Positions 32,846 to 42,494 of a stretch of DNA of 64,000 nucleotides are shown here, piece after piece (within the stretch, counting starts at the first letter, position 1; every line of letters begins with the position of its first letter). The stretch is taken from assembly GCA_963724465.1 (NCBI GenBank), contig CAVRUT010000009.1, positions 66,424 through 130,423 of the forward strand, read 5' to 3'. The DNA comes from an uncultured Acidobacteriota bacterium (GTDB lineage: Bacteria; Acidobacteriota; Thermoanaerobaculia; UBA5066; Gp7-AA6). Both the position numbers and the translations under genes were made by a program. The notes under the pieces were generated by a model, which did no database searches, was not told the DNA's origin, and saw only the letters and a list, made by a program, of their open reading frames with translations.

Positions 32846-34363
32846 ATGCGCCCGAACCGAACGCTCGCCTTTCTCTGGATGGGAGTCGCCGCAGCCGCGG
32901 CCGTCGCGGGCTGCGCCAAGAAGGAGGCGCCGGCGCCCGCCATCGCGACCGAGGCCGCGGCCCCGACTCCAGCGGACGCCGGAAAGATCCCCGTGACGAC
33001 CTCGCTGCCCGAGGCCAGGGCCGAGTACCTGCAGGGGCGCGACATGTTCGAGAAACTGCTGATCACGGACTCCATCGCTCACTTCGAAAAGGCCGTTTCT
33101 CTGGATCAGACGTTCGCTCTGGCCGAGTTGAGCCTCGCGAACTCCGCGCCGACCGGCAAGGGGTTCTTCGAGCATCTGAACAGGGCCGTGAGCCTGGCGG
33201 AAGGGGCCTCCAGAGGAGAGCGGCTTCTCATCCTTGCCGCGCAGGCCGGAGCCAACAACGACGTCGTGAAGCAGAAGGAGTATCTCGATCAGCTCGTCGC
33301 GGCGTACCCGAACGACGAACGGGCGCACTTCAACCTGGCCGGCTACTACTTCGGCCAGCAGGACTTCCCCCAGGCGATCGAGCACTACAAGAAGGCGACG
33401 GAGATTGCCCCGACCTACTCCACAGCCTGGAACCTCCTCGGTTACTCCTATCGGCAGAACGAGGATTACGCCAGCGCCGAGAAGGCCTTTCAGAAGTACA
33501 TCGAACTCATCCCCAAGGACCCCAACCCGTACGACTCCTACGCCGAGCTCCTCCTGAGGATGGGCAGGTTCGACGACTCGATCGCGCAGTACCGCAAGGC
33601 GCTGGCGATCGACCCGAACTTCGTCAACGCGCACCAGGGGATCGCCATGGACCTGTTGTACGGCGGCAAGCCCGACGAGGCGGCGGCCGAGCTGCAGGCC
33701 ATGAGCAAGAAGGCGAGAAACGACGGCGAACGCCGCACCGCCCTGTTCGCCCTGACCGTCGTGCACGTCGACGGCGGCAAGATGGCGCGGGCCCTGCAGG
33801 ACGTGGACGAGCGGTACGCGGCGGCGGAGAAGAACAAGGACGTTCCGGCCATGGCTTTCGATCTGCAACAGAAGGGGAACATCCTCCTGGAAATGGGAAA
33901 GCCCGACGAGGCGAGGAAGCAATTCGAGAGCGCCGCCAGGGTCGTGGAAGGCTCCGACCTTTCGCCGGAGATCAAGAGAAACGCCGCGCTCGTCCTGCAC
34001 CTCAACCTCGCCCGCGTCGCGGTTGGGAAGAAGGACTTCGCGGCGGCGACGGCCGAGGCGGACGAGTTTCGGAAGGGCGCCGAGGCGTCGAAGAACCCGG
34101 TCCAGGTCAAGAACGCCCACGAGCTCTACGGAATCATCGCGCTGGCGCAAAAGGACTACGACAAGGCCATCGCCGAGCTCCAGCAGGCGAACCAGCAGAA
34201 TCCCCAGGACCTGTATCGCCTGTGCCAGGCGTATCAGGGCAAGGGCGACGAGCAGAAGGCGAAGGAGTTCTGCGCCAAAGCCGCCGACTTCAACTCACTT
34301 CCGCTGATGAATTACGCGTTGGTGAGAGTGAAAGCCAAAGCCGGCGCTGGCCAGAAGGGCTGA
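32846..34363 (+). CDS. TPR-repeat lipoprotein
   Basis: RBS AAGGAGG and lipobox AAVAGC. Multiple TPR units (AIEHYKKATEIAPTYSTAWNLLGYSY...). Confidence 0.8.
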   Translation: MRPNRTLAFLWMGVAAAAAVAGCAKKEAPAPAIATEAAAPTPADAGKIPVTTSLPEARAEYLQGRDMFEKLLITDSIAHFEKAVSLDQTFALAELSLANSAPTGKGFFEHLNRAVSLAEGASRGERLLILAAQAGANNDVVKQKEYLDQLVAAYPNDERAHFNLAGYYFGQQDFPQAIEHYKKATEIAPTYSTAWNLLGYSYRQNEDYASAEKAFQKYIELIPKDPNPYDSYAELLLRMGRFDDSIAQYRKALAIDPNFVNAHQGIAMDLLYGGKPDEAAAELQAMSKKARNDGERRTALFALTVVHVDGGKMARALQDVDERYAAAEKNKDVPAMAFDLQQKGNILLEMGKPDEARKQFESAARVVEGSDLSPEIKRNAALVLHLNLARVAVGKKDFAAATAEADEFRKGAEASKNPVQVKNAHELYGIIALAQKDYDKAIAELQQANQQNPQDLYRLCQAYQGKGDEQKAKEFCAKAADFNSLPLMNYALVRVKAKAGAGQKG

Positions 34364-34425
34364 GCGCGTCGAGTCTGGAATCCGTCGCTGCGCTCGGGAA
34401 CAGGCTGCACGGCGAGACGCAGGCC

Positions 34426-34831
34426 CTAAGGCTCTTCGCCCTTCTTCTTCTTTCGCGTCGTTTCGCCGGGCTGGAAGCCCGCGTCCGTCGGGTCGAGGTC
34501 CGCGCCGGTCCGCCAGCCGAAGCGCTTGCCATCCATCTCGAAGCGCTCCGACGTGCGATCGGCTTCGTAGAAGGGCTCCCATCCCAGCCTCGAGGGATCG
34601 CCCTGCCTCGACGTCGTCGCGGTCTTCGTCGCCCGCGAGGCCGCCCGTTCCGACCGACTCGCCGCGATCGATGCCGAGGCCCGTCGCGGTACCGGAGGCG
34701 ATGCGCTCGAACGCACCTTCCTCGTCGCCGGTCGACGCCATCGTTTCCGCGTCGTCGACGCCGGAGGCCTCGCTCGACATTCCCTGGCGCTCGGTCCGTT
34801 CGGGGTCGTGCTCGGTCCTGGGCTTCCTCAT
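34426..34831 (-). CDS. Acidic hypothetical protein, probably frameshifted
   Basis: Two overlapping minus-strand ORFs look like one gene. The N-terminal piece is MRKPRTEHDPERTERQGMSSEASGVDDAE.... The C-terminal piece is ...DPSRLGWEPFYEADRTSERFEMDGKRFGW. No family recognised. Confidence 0.3.
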
Positions 34832-34941
34832 GGGGGCTCCTTTGACGCTCCGAGCCTAGCGCGCCGGACGCCGGCTGTCGAGATGTACTCCCTCCGGCCG
34901 GCGCGAGGGTAGAGTCTTGACCTTCACGAGGGGAGCCCGGC

Positions 34942-35852
34942 ATGCCCGAAGGAAACACGATCCACCGCCTCGCGCGGATCCACACGCGGGACTTCGGAGG
35001 CCGCCGCGTCGCCGTGAGCTCGCCGCAGGGCCGCTTCGCGAAGGAGGCCGATCGGCTCGACGGGCGGCGGTTCGTGCGCGCCGACGCCTACGGCAAGCAC
35101 CTCTTCCATCACTGGAGCGGCGGCCTCGTCGTGCACGTCCATCTCGGGATGGCCGGCTGGTTCTACCGGCACCGCAGCAAGCGTGCCCGAGCCGCGGTCG
35201 ACGGTGCGGATGCGCCTTTCGACGCGGGAAGTCTCGACCGACCTCATCGGGCCGCCGACCTGCGAGCTCATTCCGGAGTTCGCGCGCCGGGCGCTCGTCG
35301 CGCGACTGGGGCCCGATCCGCTGCGGCCGGACTTCGACCCGGAGCCCGCGCGGGCGGTTCTGCGCAAGCGGCCGCGCCGCGCGATCGGCGACGCCCTGCT
35401 CGACCAGCGCGTGCTCGCGGGAGTCGGGAACATCTACCGGAACGAGGCGCTGTACCTCGACGGGGATCCATCCGCTGAGGCCGTCGGGGAGCCTCACGGA
35501 AGAGGAGTGGGAGAGCCTGTGGCGGACGATCCGCAAGCTCATGCGCCGCGGAGTCGTCCAGGCGGAGATTCGCACCGTCGCCGCGGCCGAGCCGCCCCCG
35601 CATCCCCTCTCCGGGCGCGGACCGGACGATTCCTTCTACGTCTACCAGCAGGAAGTCTGCCGCCGGTGCGGGACGCCGATCAGCGAGTTCCCGCTCTCGG
35701 CCAGGCGCATGTTCGCGTGCCCGCGGTGCCAGCCGCAGCGGGGGGCGGCGGCGTTAGGCCCGAGCGGCGCGTCGAGGCTTGCCGGGGTCCCTGCTGGACC
35801 GAGGCGGAAACGAGCGCGCGCTCGAGAAAGCGGCGTTCGGCATCGTTGGTGA
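34942..35852 (+). pseudogene. nei: Nei/Fpg-family DNA glycosylase, two to three frameshifts
   Basis: MPEGNTIHRLA...HLGMAGWFYRH is in frame a. ...IGDALLDQRVLAGVGNIYRNEALYLDG is in frame b. IHPLRP...[25 protein letters not shown] (zinc finger) is in frame c. Shifts are at about 35175 and at the GGGG run 35462-35465. The likely native stop is TAG 35755-35757, if the G6 run at 35740-35745 is one base too long. Confidence 0.75.
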
Positions 35853-36935
35853 CGAGGGTGAGGGCGCGGCGATAGGCGTCGGCCGCCTCCTCGCGGCGGC
35901 CGAGACGCGCGAGGAGCTGGCCCCGGGCGGCGGGCAGCAGGTGGTAGGTCGAGAGCTCGCCGCGGCGGTCGAGATCGTCGAGCAGGCGCAGCCCTTCCTC
36001 CGGCCCGGAGGCCTCGGCGACCGCGGCCGCGTGGTTGAGCTCGACGACCGGTGAGGGCTGACGGGCGAGCAGCGCGCGGTAGAGCCCGACGATCTGGTGC
36101 CAGTCCGTGTCCTGCGGTCTCGCCGCCTCCGCGTGGACGGCTGCGATGGCGGCCTGGAGGGCGTAGGCGCTGTTGTCTCGGAGCGCCGACTCGGTCAGAG
36201 CGATGCCCTCTCGAATCTCCTGGTGGTCCCAGAGGCTGCGGTCCTGTTCCTCCAGGCGCACGAGCTCGCCCTCCGATGAGACCCGGGCGTTGCGGCGCGA
36301 GTCGTGGAGAAGCATCAGGGCGAGCAGTCCGCGGGCCTCGGCGCTGTCGGGCATGAGCTCGGTCACGAGGCGCGCCAGGCGGATCGCCTCGGCGCAGAGC
36401 TCCCGCCGCACGAGCTCCGCGCCCGACGTCGACGCATAGCCTTCGTTGAAGACGAGGTAGAGCACGGCGAGCACCGCATCGAGCCGCTCGGGCAGCGCCT
36501 CGTCGGGCGGGACGCGGTACGGGATGCGGGCCTGGCGGATCTTCTGCTTGGCACGCACGAGCCTCTGGGCCATCGTGGGCACGGGGACGAGGAACGCCCG
36601 CGCGATTTCGTCGGTCGTCAGGCCGCCGAGCGTGTGGAGCGTGAGGGCCACGCGGGCCTCGACGCCGAGAGCCGGGTGGCAGCACGTGAAGATCAGGCGC
36701 AGGCGGTCGTCGGCGACGCGGTTGTCCTCGGGATGGGCGAAGTCGGGAGGGGCGCCCTCTTCCAGCGCGGCCCAGTGCGCGAGCTCCTCGCGCTTTTCAC
36801 GGAACCGCGCATCCCGCCGCAGGCGGTCGATCGCCTTGTGGCGCGCGGTCGAGACGAGCCAGGCGCGCGGGTTTTCTGGAACGCCGTGCCCGGGCCACCG
36901 CTCGAGCGCCGCCGCGAACGCGTCGTGCCCCGGGG
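35680..36935 (-). pseudogene. ECF-type sigma-70 factor with a long C-terminal (DUF6596-like) domain, 5'-truncated
   Basis: The readable frame begins mid-region-2 ([37 protein letters not shown]). Region 4 is [36 protein letters not shown]. About 40 N-terminal codons and any start codon are missing. Confidence 0.7.
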
Positions 36936-37231
36936 ACGCGGGCGGCGACGGCCGAGGCCTCGTCGAGGTCTTTGGCCTTGATGATGTAGTAGCCGCCGAG
37001 CTGCTCGCGCGTCTCGGCGAACGGGCCGTCGGTCGAGATGGCCTTGCCGCCCTTGACGCGAACGGTCGTAGCGGTCGTGGTCTTGTCGAGCGGGTCGCCG
37101 GCCACGTAGTGGCCGCTCTTCTTGATCGAGTCGGTGTAGTCCATGTACTCCTTGTACAGGGCCCCCCGCTCGCCCTCGGAGAGGGCGTCCCAATCGGCTT
37201 CCTTGCTGTAGATCAGAAGCATGTAACGCAT
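36797..37231 (-). pseudogene. YciI-like (YCII-related) protein, 3'-truncated and reading out of frame into the sigma gene
   Basis: RBS AAGGAG, then [11 protein letters not shown]...[36 protein letters not shown]. The usual ...GSIEVRP end is then replaced by out-of-frame sigma-gene sequence. Confidence 0.7.
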
Positions 37232-37293
37232 GGTCGAGATCTCCTTTTCACCATCTAGTCGAACAGACACGCCTGAAATCGACAACCTCGGGC

Positions 37294-38133
37294 TTGAACC
37301 CGGAGCACAATGGGGCCGTGCGCTCGCCAGGCCAACTACTGGCGGAATGGTTTCTTCACCAGCTGACGCGGCCTCGCCGCGTTTACCGCCACGTCGTCTT
37401 CAATGATCCCGTGAGGCTGAAGAGCCGAATTCGACCTGGAGACGTCGTTCTCGTCGACGGCGACCAGCGCGTGTCCCAGGTCGTCAAGTACCTGACGATG
37501 TCCCCCTGGTCGCACAGTGCCCTGTACGTCGGCAGCGGCCTCCTGCGCGACCCGGCGAGCAGGTCGGAGGTCCGGCGGCGTTTCGGTTCCGAAGCACGAT
37601 ATTTGATCGTCGAGGCCCTCGTCGACAAGGGAGTCGTGGTTTCCCCGCTCATCAAGTACATCGACTTCAACATCCGGATCTGTCGCCCGCACGGCCTCGA
37701 CCGCGAGCAGATCGAGACGGTCGTCGGCTACGTGCTCTCCCGGATCGGATTCACCTACGACCGGCGCAACATTCTGGACCTCTTCCGCTACCTGCTCCCG
37801 CTGCACCTGCTTCCGATGCGCCTGCGCGAGGACGCCCTCCATTTTGGCAGCGGGAGGGACACGGAGACGATCTGCTCCTCTCTTCTCGCCGAGGCGTTTC
37901 GCCAGGTCGGCCATCCGATCCTCCCAATGCATGTCCGGCGAGGCGCCGCCATGCCCGGCAAGCTCCGACAGAGCGTCCTCGGCCGGCCGACGCGTCGCGC
38001 CTGGAGCGGGTTCTTGAAGGCCCGCCATCCGACGCTCTGCGTCCCCCAGGACTTCGACCTTTCGCCCCACTTCGACGTCGTCAAGTTCAATGCCCGCGAC
38101 CCGATCCAATTCGACCATCTTCGAACGGACTGA
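37294..38133 (+). CDS. YiiX/YaeF-like permuted papain-fold (C92) amidase family protein
   Basis: GDVVLVDGDQRVSQVVKYLTMSPWSHSALYVG and a later ICSSLLAEAF cysteine block. Confidence 0.6.
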   Translation: MNPEHNGAVRSPGQLLAEWFLHQLTRPRRVYRHVVFNDPVRLKSRIRPGDVVLVDGDQRVSQVVKYLTMSPWSHSALYVGSGLLRDPASRSEVRRRFGSEARYLIVEALVDKGVVVSPLIKYIDFNIRICRPHGLDREQIETVVGYVLSRIGFTYDRRNILDLFRYLLPLHLLPMRLREDALHFGSGRDTETICSSLLAEAFRQVGHPILPMHVRRGAAMPGKLRQSVLGRPTRRAWSGFLKARHPTLCVPQDFDLSPHFDVVKFNARDPIQFDHLRTD

Positions 38134-38214
38134 GACAGCCGGACGCCCCGAGCGCCGCCGCCCTCGGTAACCTCCTGCCGCGCCGCGCGTACCCCCTTGT
38201 CGTGGAGGTGCGCG

Positions 38215-38916
38215 ATGCCACGCTCGTCCGAAAGACCCGGTTTTCTCGTTTGCCGGCCGCCGGTCTCGGCCTTCTTCCTCGTGCTCGCCGGCCTTGCCCA
38301 TGCCCCGGCCGCTTTGCCATCCGGGTCGGGCGCGCAGCACTCCACTCGAGGCTTCAACGGCGATTTCTATGCGCTCTCGGTCGGCAAGACGATGACGAGC
38401 ACCAACATTTCACTCGACGAATACGTCCGGCTCGACGAGAAACGGGCCGGCGACTTCCTGTGGTTCCGTCGCAGCGGAAAGACCGGGCTGATCACGGATT
38501 TCGCGACGCTGAAGGAGGCCGCGGCCCTCTTGGCGCCGCTCAGGGCGCTCGAGCCCGAGCAGGAGGATCTGCGGCGGCGCGAGCAGGCCCTGGAGAAGGA
38601 GGAGCGGAAGCTCGACCGCCAGGAAGAGAAGCTCGACCGCCTGATGGACCTGGCGAGCGGCGAAGACGAGGACCTCGACGAGGGCGACGCCGCCGCCCGG
38701 AGCCCGGATGCGGATGTGCGGGAGCTCGAGACCCGTCTCGATCAGATCCGCTCTCGCCAGCGGCAGCTCGAGGCTCGCGAGCGCGAGCTCGACTCCATCG
38801 AGCGGTCTCTCGACGCACGCGAGGAGGCGATCGAGCGTGAGGCCGAGGCGAAGCTGTGGACCCTGATCGATTCCGCGGTCGAAAAGGGCCTCGCCCGGCC
38901 CGCCGCGGCGCGGTAG
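38215..38916 (+). CDS. Secreted coiled-coil protein
   Basis: Signal-like N-terminus, then a long E/R/L-rich heptad region (EQEDLRRREQALEKEERKLDRQEEKLDRL...). Confidence 0.55.
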   Translation: MPRSSERPGFLVCRPPVSAFFLVLAGLAHAPAALPSGSGAQHSTRGFNGDFYALSVGKTMTSTNISLDEYVRLDEKRAGDFLWFRRSGKTGLITDFATLKEAAALLAPLRALEPEQEDLRRREQALEKEERKLDRQEEKLDRLMDLASGEDEDLDEGDAAARSPDADVRELETRLDQIRSRQRQLEARERELDSIERSLDAREEAIEREAEAKLWTLIDSAVEKGLARPAAAR

Positions 38917-38995
38917 GCCCGGCGCGAAGTGATGCAAACAAACCTTGTCGCGGCACCCGCCGGCGGGGGAGCATTGCTTTGGAGCACGAAAAGCC

Positions 38996-40090
38996 ATGGC
39001 GCCCGCGGGTCCCGTCGTTCCCACCAAGTACTGGCATCGTCTCGAGGACGGTCGAATCCAGTGCGACGTGTGCCCCCGTTTCTGCACTCTGCGGGAAGGC
39101 CAGAGGGGCCTCTGCTTCGTCCGAGCGCGCGAGGGTGACCAGGTCGTCCTGACGACGTACGGTCGCTCGAGCGGTTTCTGCGTGGACCCGATCGAGAAGA
39201 AACCCCTCAACCATTTTCTGCCCGGAAGCTCGGTGCTTTCCTTCGGCACGGAGGGATGCAATCTCTCGTGCAAGTTCTGCCAGAACTGGGACATCAGCAA
39301 GTCGCGCGAGATCTCGAAGCTCGCCGACGAGGCGTCTCCGGAGCTGATCGCGCGCGCGGCCAAGTCGCTCGGTTGCCAGAGCGTCGCCTTCACCTACAAC
39401 GACCCGACGATCTTCTTCGAGTACGCGATCGATGTCGCGAAAGCCTGCCACGAGCTCGACATCCGGACGGTGGCCGTCACGGCCGGCTACATCTGCGAGG
39501 GACCTCGCGAGGAGTTCTACCGGCACATCGACGCCGCCAACGTCGACCTGAAGGCCTTCACCGAGAAGTTCTACTGGGAAATCACCGGGGCCCACCTCCA
39601 GCCGGTGCTCGACACGCTCGTGTACCTGAAGAAACACACGAAGGTCTGGCTCGAGATCACGAACCTCGTGATTCCCGGGCACAACGACTCCGACGAGGAG
39701 ATCCGCGCCATGTCGCGGTGGGTCGTCGAAAACCTCGGCCGCGACGTGCCGGTGCACTTCTCGGCTTTCCACCCCGACTGGAAGATGCTGGACGTCCCGC
39801 CCACGCCGCCGGCCACTCTCGCTCACGCCCGCCGCATCGCGCTCAAGGCCGGCGTGCGTTATGCCTACACCGGCAACATCGACGACCCGGAGGGGGGAAG
39901 CACGTTCTGCCACGCCTGCGCCGCGGAGCTCATCGGGCGCGACGGGTACGAGCTGACGCACTGGGGCCTTGCGGACGGCCGCTGCGCGTCCTGCGGCGAG
40001 CCCTGCGCGGGAGTTTTCGAGGAAAGGCCCGGAGAGTGGGGCCAGCGCCGACTCCCCGTCCGGCTCAAAGATTTCGCGGCCCTGCAGTAG
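38996..40090 (+). CDS. AmmeMemoRadiSam-system radical SAM enzyme (AmrS-like)
   Basis: An N-terminal CDVCPRFC cluster plus the radical-SAM CNLSCKFCQNW motif. Collinear family blocks run to the C-terminal CHAC...CASCG. Confidence 0.8.
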   Translation: MAPAGPVVPTKYWHRLEDGRIQCDVCPRFCTLREGQRGLCFVRAREGDQVVLTTYGRSSGFCVDPIEKKPLNHFLPGSSVLSFGTEGCNLSCKFCQNWDISKSREISKLADEASPELIARAAKSLGCQSVAFTYNDPTIFFEYAIDVAKACHELDIRTVAVTAGYICEGPREEFYRHIDAANVDLKAFTEKFYWEITGAHLQPVLDTLVYLKKHTKVWLEITNLVIPGHNDSDEEIRAMSRWVVENLGRDVPVHFSAFHPDWKMLDVPPTPPATLAHARRIALKAGVRYAYTGNIDDPEGGSTFCHACAAELIGRDGYELTHWGLADGRCASCGEPCAGVFEERPGEWGQRRLPVRLKDFAALQ

Positions 40091-40142
40091 AGGCGCCGGG
40101 CCCCGGGGCCGGAGCCCGAGCAGGCCGGGTAGGATCGACGTC

Positions 40143-40570
40143 GTGGCTTTCGAGCAGTTCGAGCACGGAGCCGACGTGGGAGTGCGAGGGTTCGGCGCCA
40201 CCCCGGCCGAGGCGTTCGAGGCAGCGGCGCAGGCGCTCTTCGCTCTGCTCACCGAGGATCCCGGCCGCGTGCGCGCGGAGGTCGAGGAGCGGCTGGAGGT
40301 CGAGGCCGCCGATCTGGAGGGGCTTCTCGTGGCCTTCCTGGACGAGCTGATTTCGCTGTCCGACGCGCGGCGGCTCGTCTTCGGGCGCTTCGACGTCGCG
40401 ATCCCGACGGTTCCCCGGGCCCGTTCCGCCTGACGGCGCGGGCCGAGGGCGAGCGCTTCGACCCGCACCGCCACGAGTCCACGGTGGAGCCGAAGGGGAC
40501 CACCTTCACGGCCCTGCGGGTCGCGCGGGACGGCGACCGCTGGGTCGCCCAGTGCGTCGTGGACGTCTGA
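40143..40570 (+). pseudogene. Archease, one frameshift
   Basis: AFEQFEHGADVGVRGFGATPAEAFEAAAQALF... is in one frame. ...DPDGSPGPFRLTARAEGERFDPHRHESTVEPKGTTFTALRV...VVDV* is in another. The shift is at about 40400. Confidence 0.75.
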
Positions 40571-40576
40571 GGAGCC

Positions 40577-42018
40577 ATGGAGCGACGTTCCGCGAGATCG
40601 GCCCAACGTCTGGGAGCTCCCGAAGCGGGGACGATGCGCGTCCCGGGCGGCATCTACGCGAGCCGCGAGCTCGTCGACGCGCTGGACGACGAAGGTTCGC
40701 GAGCAGCTCACGAACGTCGCCTCGCTCCCGGGAATCGTCGGCGCCGCCTACGCGATGCCCGACGCCCACTGGGGCTACGGCTTCCCGATCGGCGGCGTCG
40801 CGGCGTTCGACCCGGACGAGGGGGGCATCGTGTCGGCCGGCGGCGTCGGCTTCGACATCTCGTGCGGCGTGCGGACCTACACGGACCGGCCTCACGGGCA
40901 GCAGCCCTCGGCGACCGGCTGGAGCCGCTGGCGCACGACCTCTACCGGAGCGGTTCCCGCCGGCGTCGGCTCGGAAGGCGCGCTCCGGCTCTGACGAAGG
41001 ACGAGCTCGACGAGGTCCTCGTCGGCGGCGCCCGCTGGGCGGTCGAGACGGGTTCGGGAGCGAGGAGGAGCTCGCCTTCGTCGAGGAGGGCGGGCGGATG
41101 GCCGGGGCCGATCCGATCGAAGGTGAGCGACCGGGCCAAGGAGCGGCAGCTGCGGGAGGTGGGAACGCTCGGCTCGGGAAACCACTATCTCGAGCTCCAG
41201 GTCGTCGACCGCGTCTTCGACGCGGCGGCCGCGCGCGCCTTCGGGCTCTCGGAGGGGGACCTTCTCGTCTCGATCCACTGCGGCTCGCGGGGCCTCGGGC
41301 ACCAGATCGGGACGGACTACCTGCAGACGCTCCGGCCGGCGCCGGGAAGTACGGCTTGACGCTGCCGGACCGGGAGCTCGCCTCGGCGCCGATCCGCTCG
41401 CCGGAGGGACGGACTACCTCGGGCGCCATGCGCGCCGGCATCAACTGCGCACTCGCGAACCGGCAGGTCATCGGGGCGTCTCGTGCGGCGCGTCTTCGCG
41501 CGGCGCACTTCCCGAAGGCCGGCTCTGACGCTCCTCTACGACGTCTCGCACAACACGTGCAAGGAGGAGACGCACTTCGTCGGAGGCGTTCCGCGGCGCC
41601 TCTTCGTCCACCGCAAGGGCGCGACGCGCGCGTTCGGTCCCGGGCCACCCGGAGCTGCCCGAGCGAGCTACCGCGACGTGGGGCAGCCGGTCCTGGTCGG
41701 CGGGACGATGGGAACCGCGTCCTTCGTCCTCGTCGGGACGGCGGAGCCGAGAGAGCGCTCCTTCTCGTCGTCGTGCCACGGCGCCGGACGGCGCGATGAG
41801 CCGGACGCAGGCCAAGGGCAGCTGGCAGGGTAAGGCCCTGATCGCGCGAGCTCGTCGGAGAGGGGCATCCTCGATCGAGGCGCACACGGCCAAGGGCGCG
41901 GCGGAGGAGGCGCCGGGCGCCTACAAGGACGTCGAGGAGGTGGCCGCGGTCGCCGAGGCGACGGGGCTGTCGCGCCGGGTGGCGCGCGTGCGGCCCGATC
42001 GCCTGCGTGAAGGGGTGA
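40577..42018 (+). pseudogene. rtcB: RNA ligase RtcB, fragmented over all three frames by many single-base shifts
   Basis: Conserved pieces are found in alternating frames. They include WELPK, MRVPGGIYAS, NVASLPGIVGAAYAMPDAHWGYGFPIGGVAAFD, VPAGVGSEG, LTKDELDEVLVGGARWAV, EEGGRMAGADP, GTLGSGNHYLELQ, HCGSRGLGHQ, LPDRELASAP, ANRQVI, LLYDVSHN, VHRKGATRAF, YRDVGQPVLVGGTMGTASFVLVG, SSSCHGAGR and AEEAPGAYKDV. Confidence 0.85.
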
Positions 42019-42093
42019 GATTGGTGCGTTCGGCTCATGCCGCGGCTTCGGGCGCGTGCTTACGATGAGAACGCGGCAGAAGGAGGAATGATT

Positions 42094-42483
42094 ATGGAGC
42101 CCCTTCAGATTCACTTTCTCGACATGCCCGGGTCGGAAGCCGTCGAGGCCAAGATCCGCGAACGCGTCGACCATCTCTCGCGCTTTTCCGCCGATATCGT
42201 GAAGTGCGAAGTCTGGGTCGCATCACCACATGGTCACCACCACAAGGGTGACGTTTACGGGGTGCGCATCCGCCTCACGGTGCCGGGCGAGGAGATCGAC
42301 ATCGACCTGCAACCAGAGGAGGATGACGTTTACATCGCCATCCGCGAGGCCTTCGACGCAGCGCGCCGCAAGCTAGAGGACTACGAGCGGCGGCGCCGCG
42401 GGACGGTCAAGGCCCACCCCCGCGGCGTGGAACGCGATCGGCCGAGGCGTCGCGAGGTCCCCGCGCGTGGCAAGCGCGCCTGA
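42094..42483 (+). CDS. HPF/RaiA-family ribosome-associated (hibernation) protein, short form
   Basis: RBS AAGGAGGAA, then MEPLQIHFLDMPGSEAVEAKIRERVDHL...VRIRLTVPG...IREAFDAARRKLEDY. Confidence 0.7.
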   Translation: MEPLQIHFLDMPGSEAVEAKIRERVDHLSRFSADIVKCEVWVASPHGHHHKGDVYGVRIRLTVPGEEIDIDLQPEEDDVYIAIREAFDAARRKLEDYERRRRGTVKAHPRGVERDRPRRREVPARGKRA

Positions 42484-42494
42484 CATCTGAGGCA

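Noticed and set aside
40577-42018. Programmed ribosomal frameshifting or recoding in rtcB.
   Set aside because: There are about 18-20 shifts in both directions, including compensating pairs a few codons apart. None has a slippery heptamer or a downstream structure. This is incompatible with programmed recoding.
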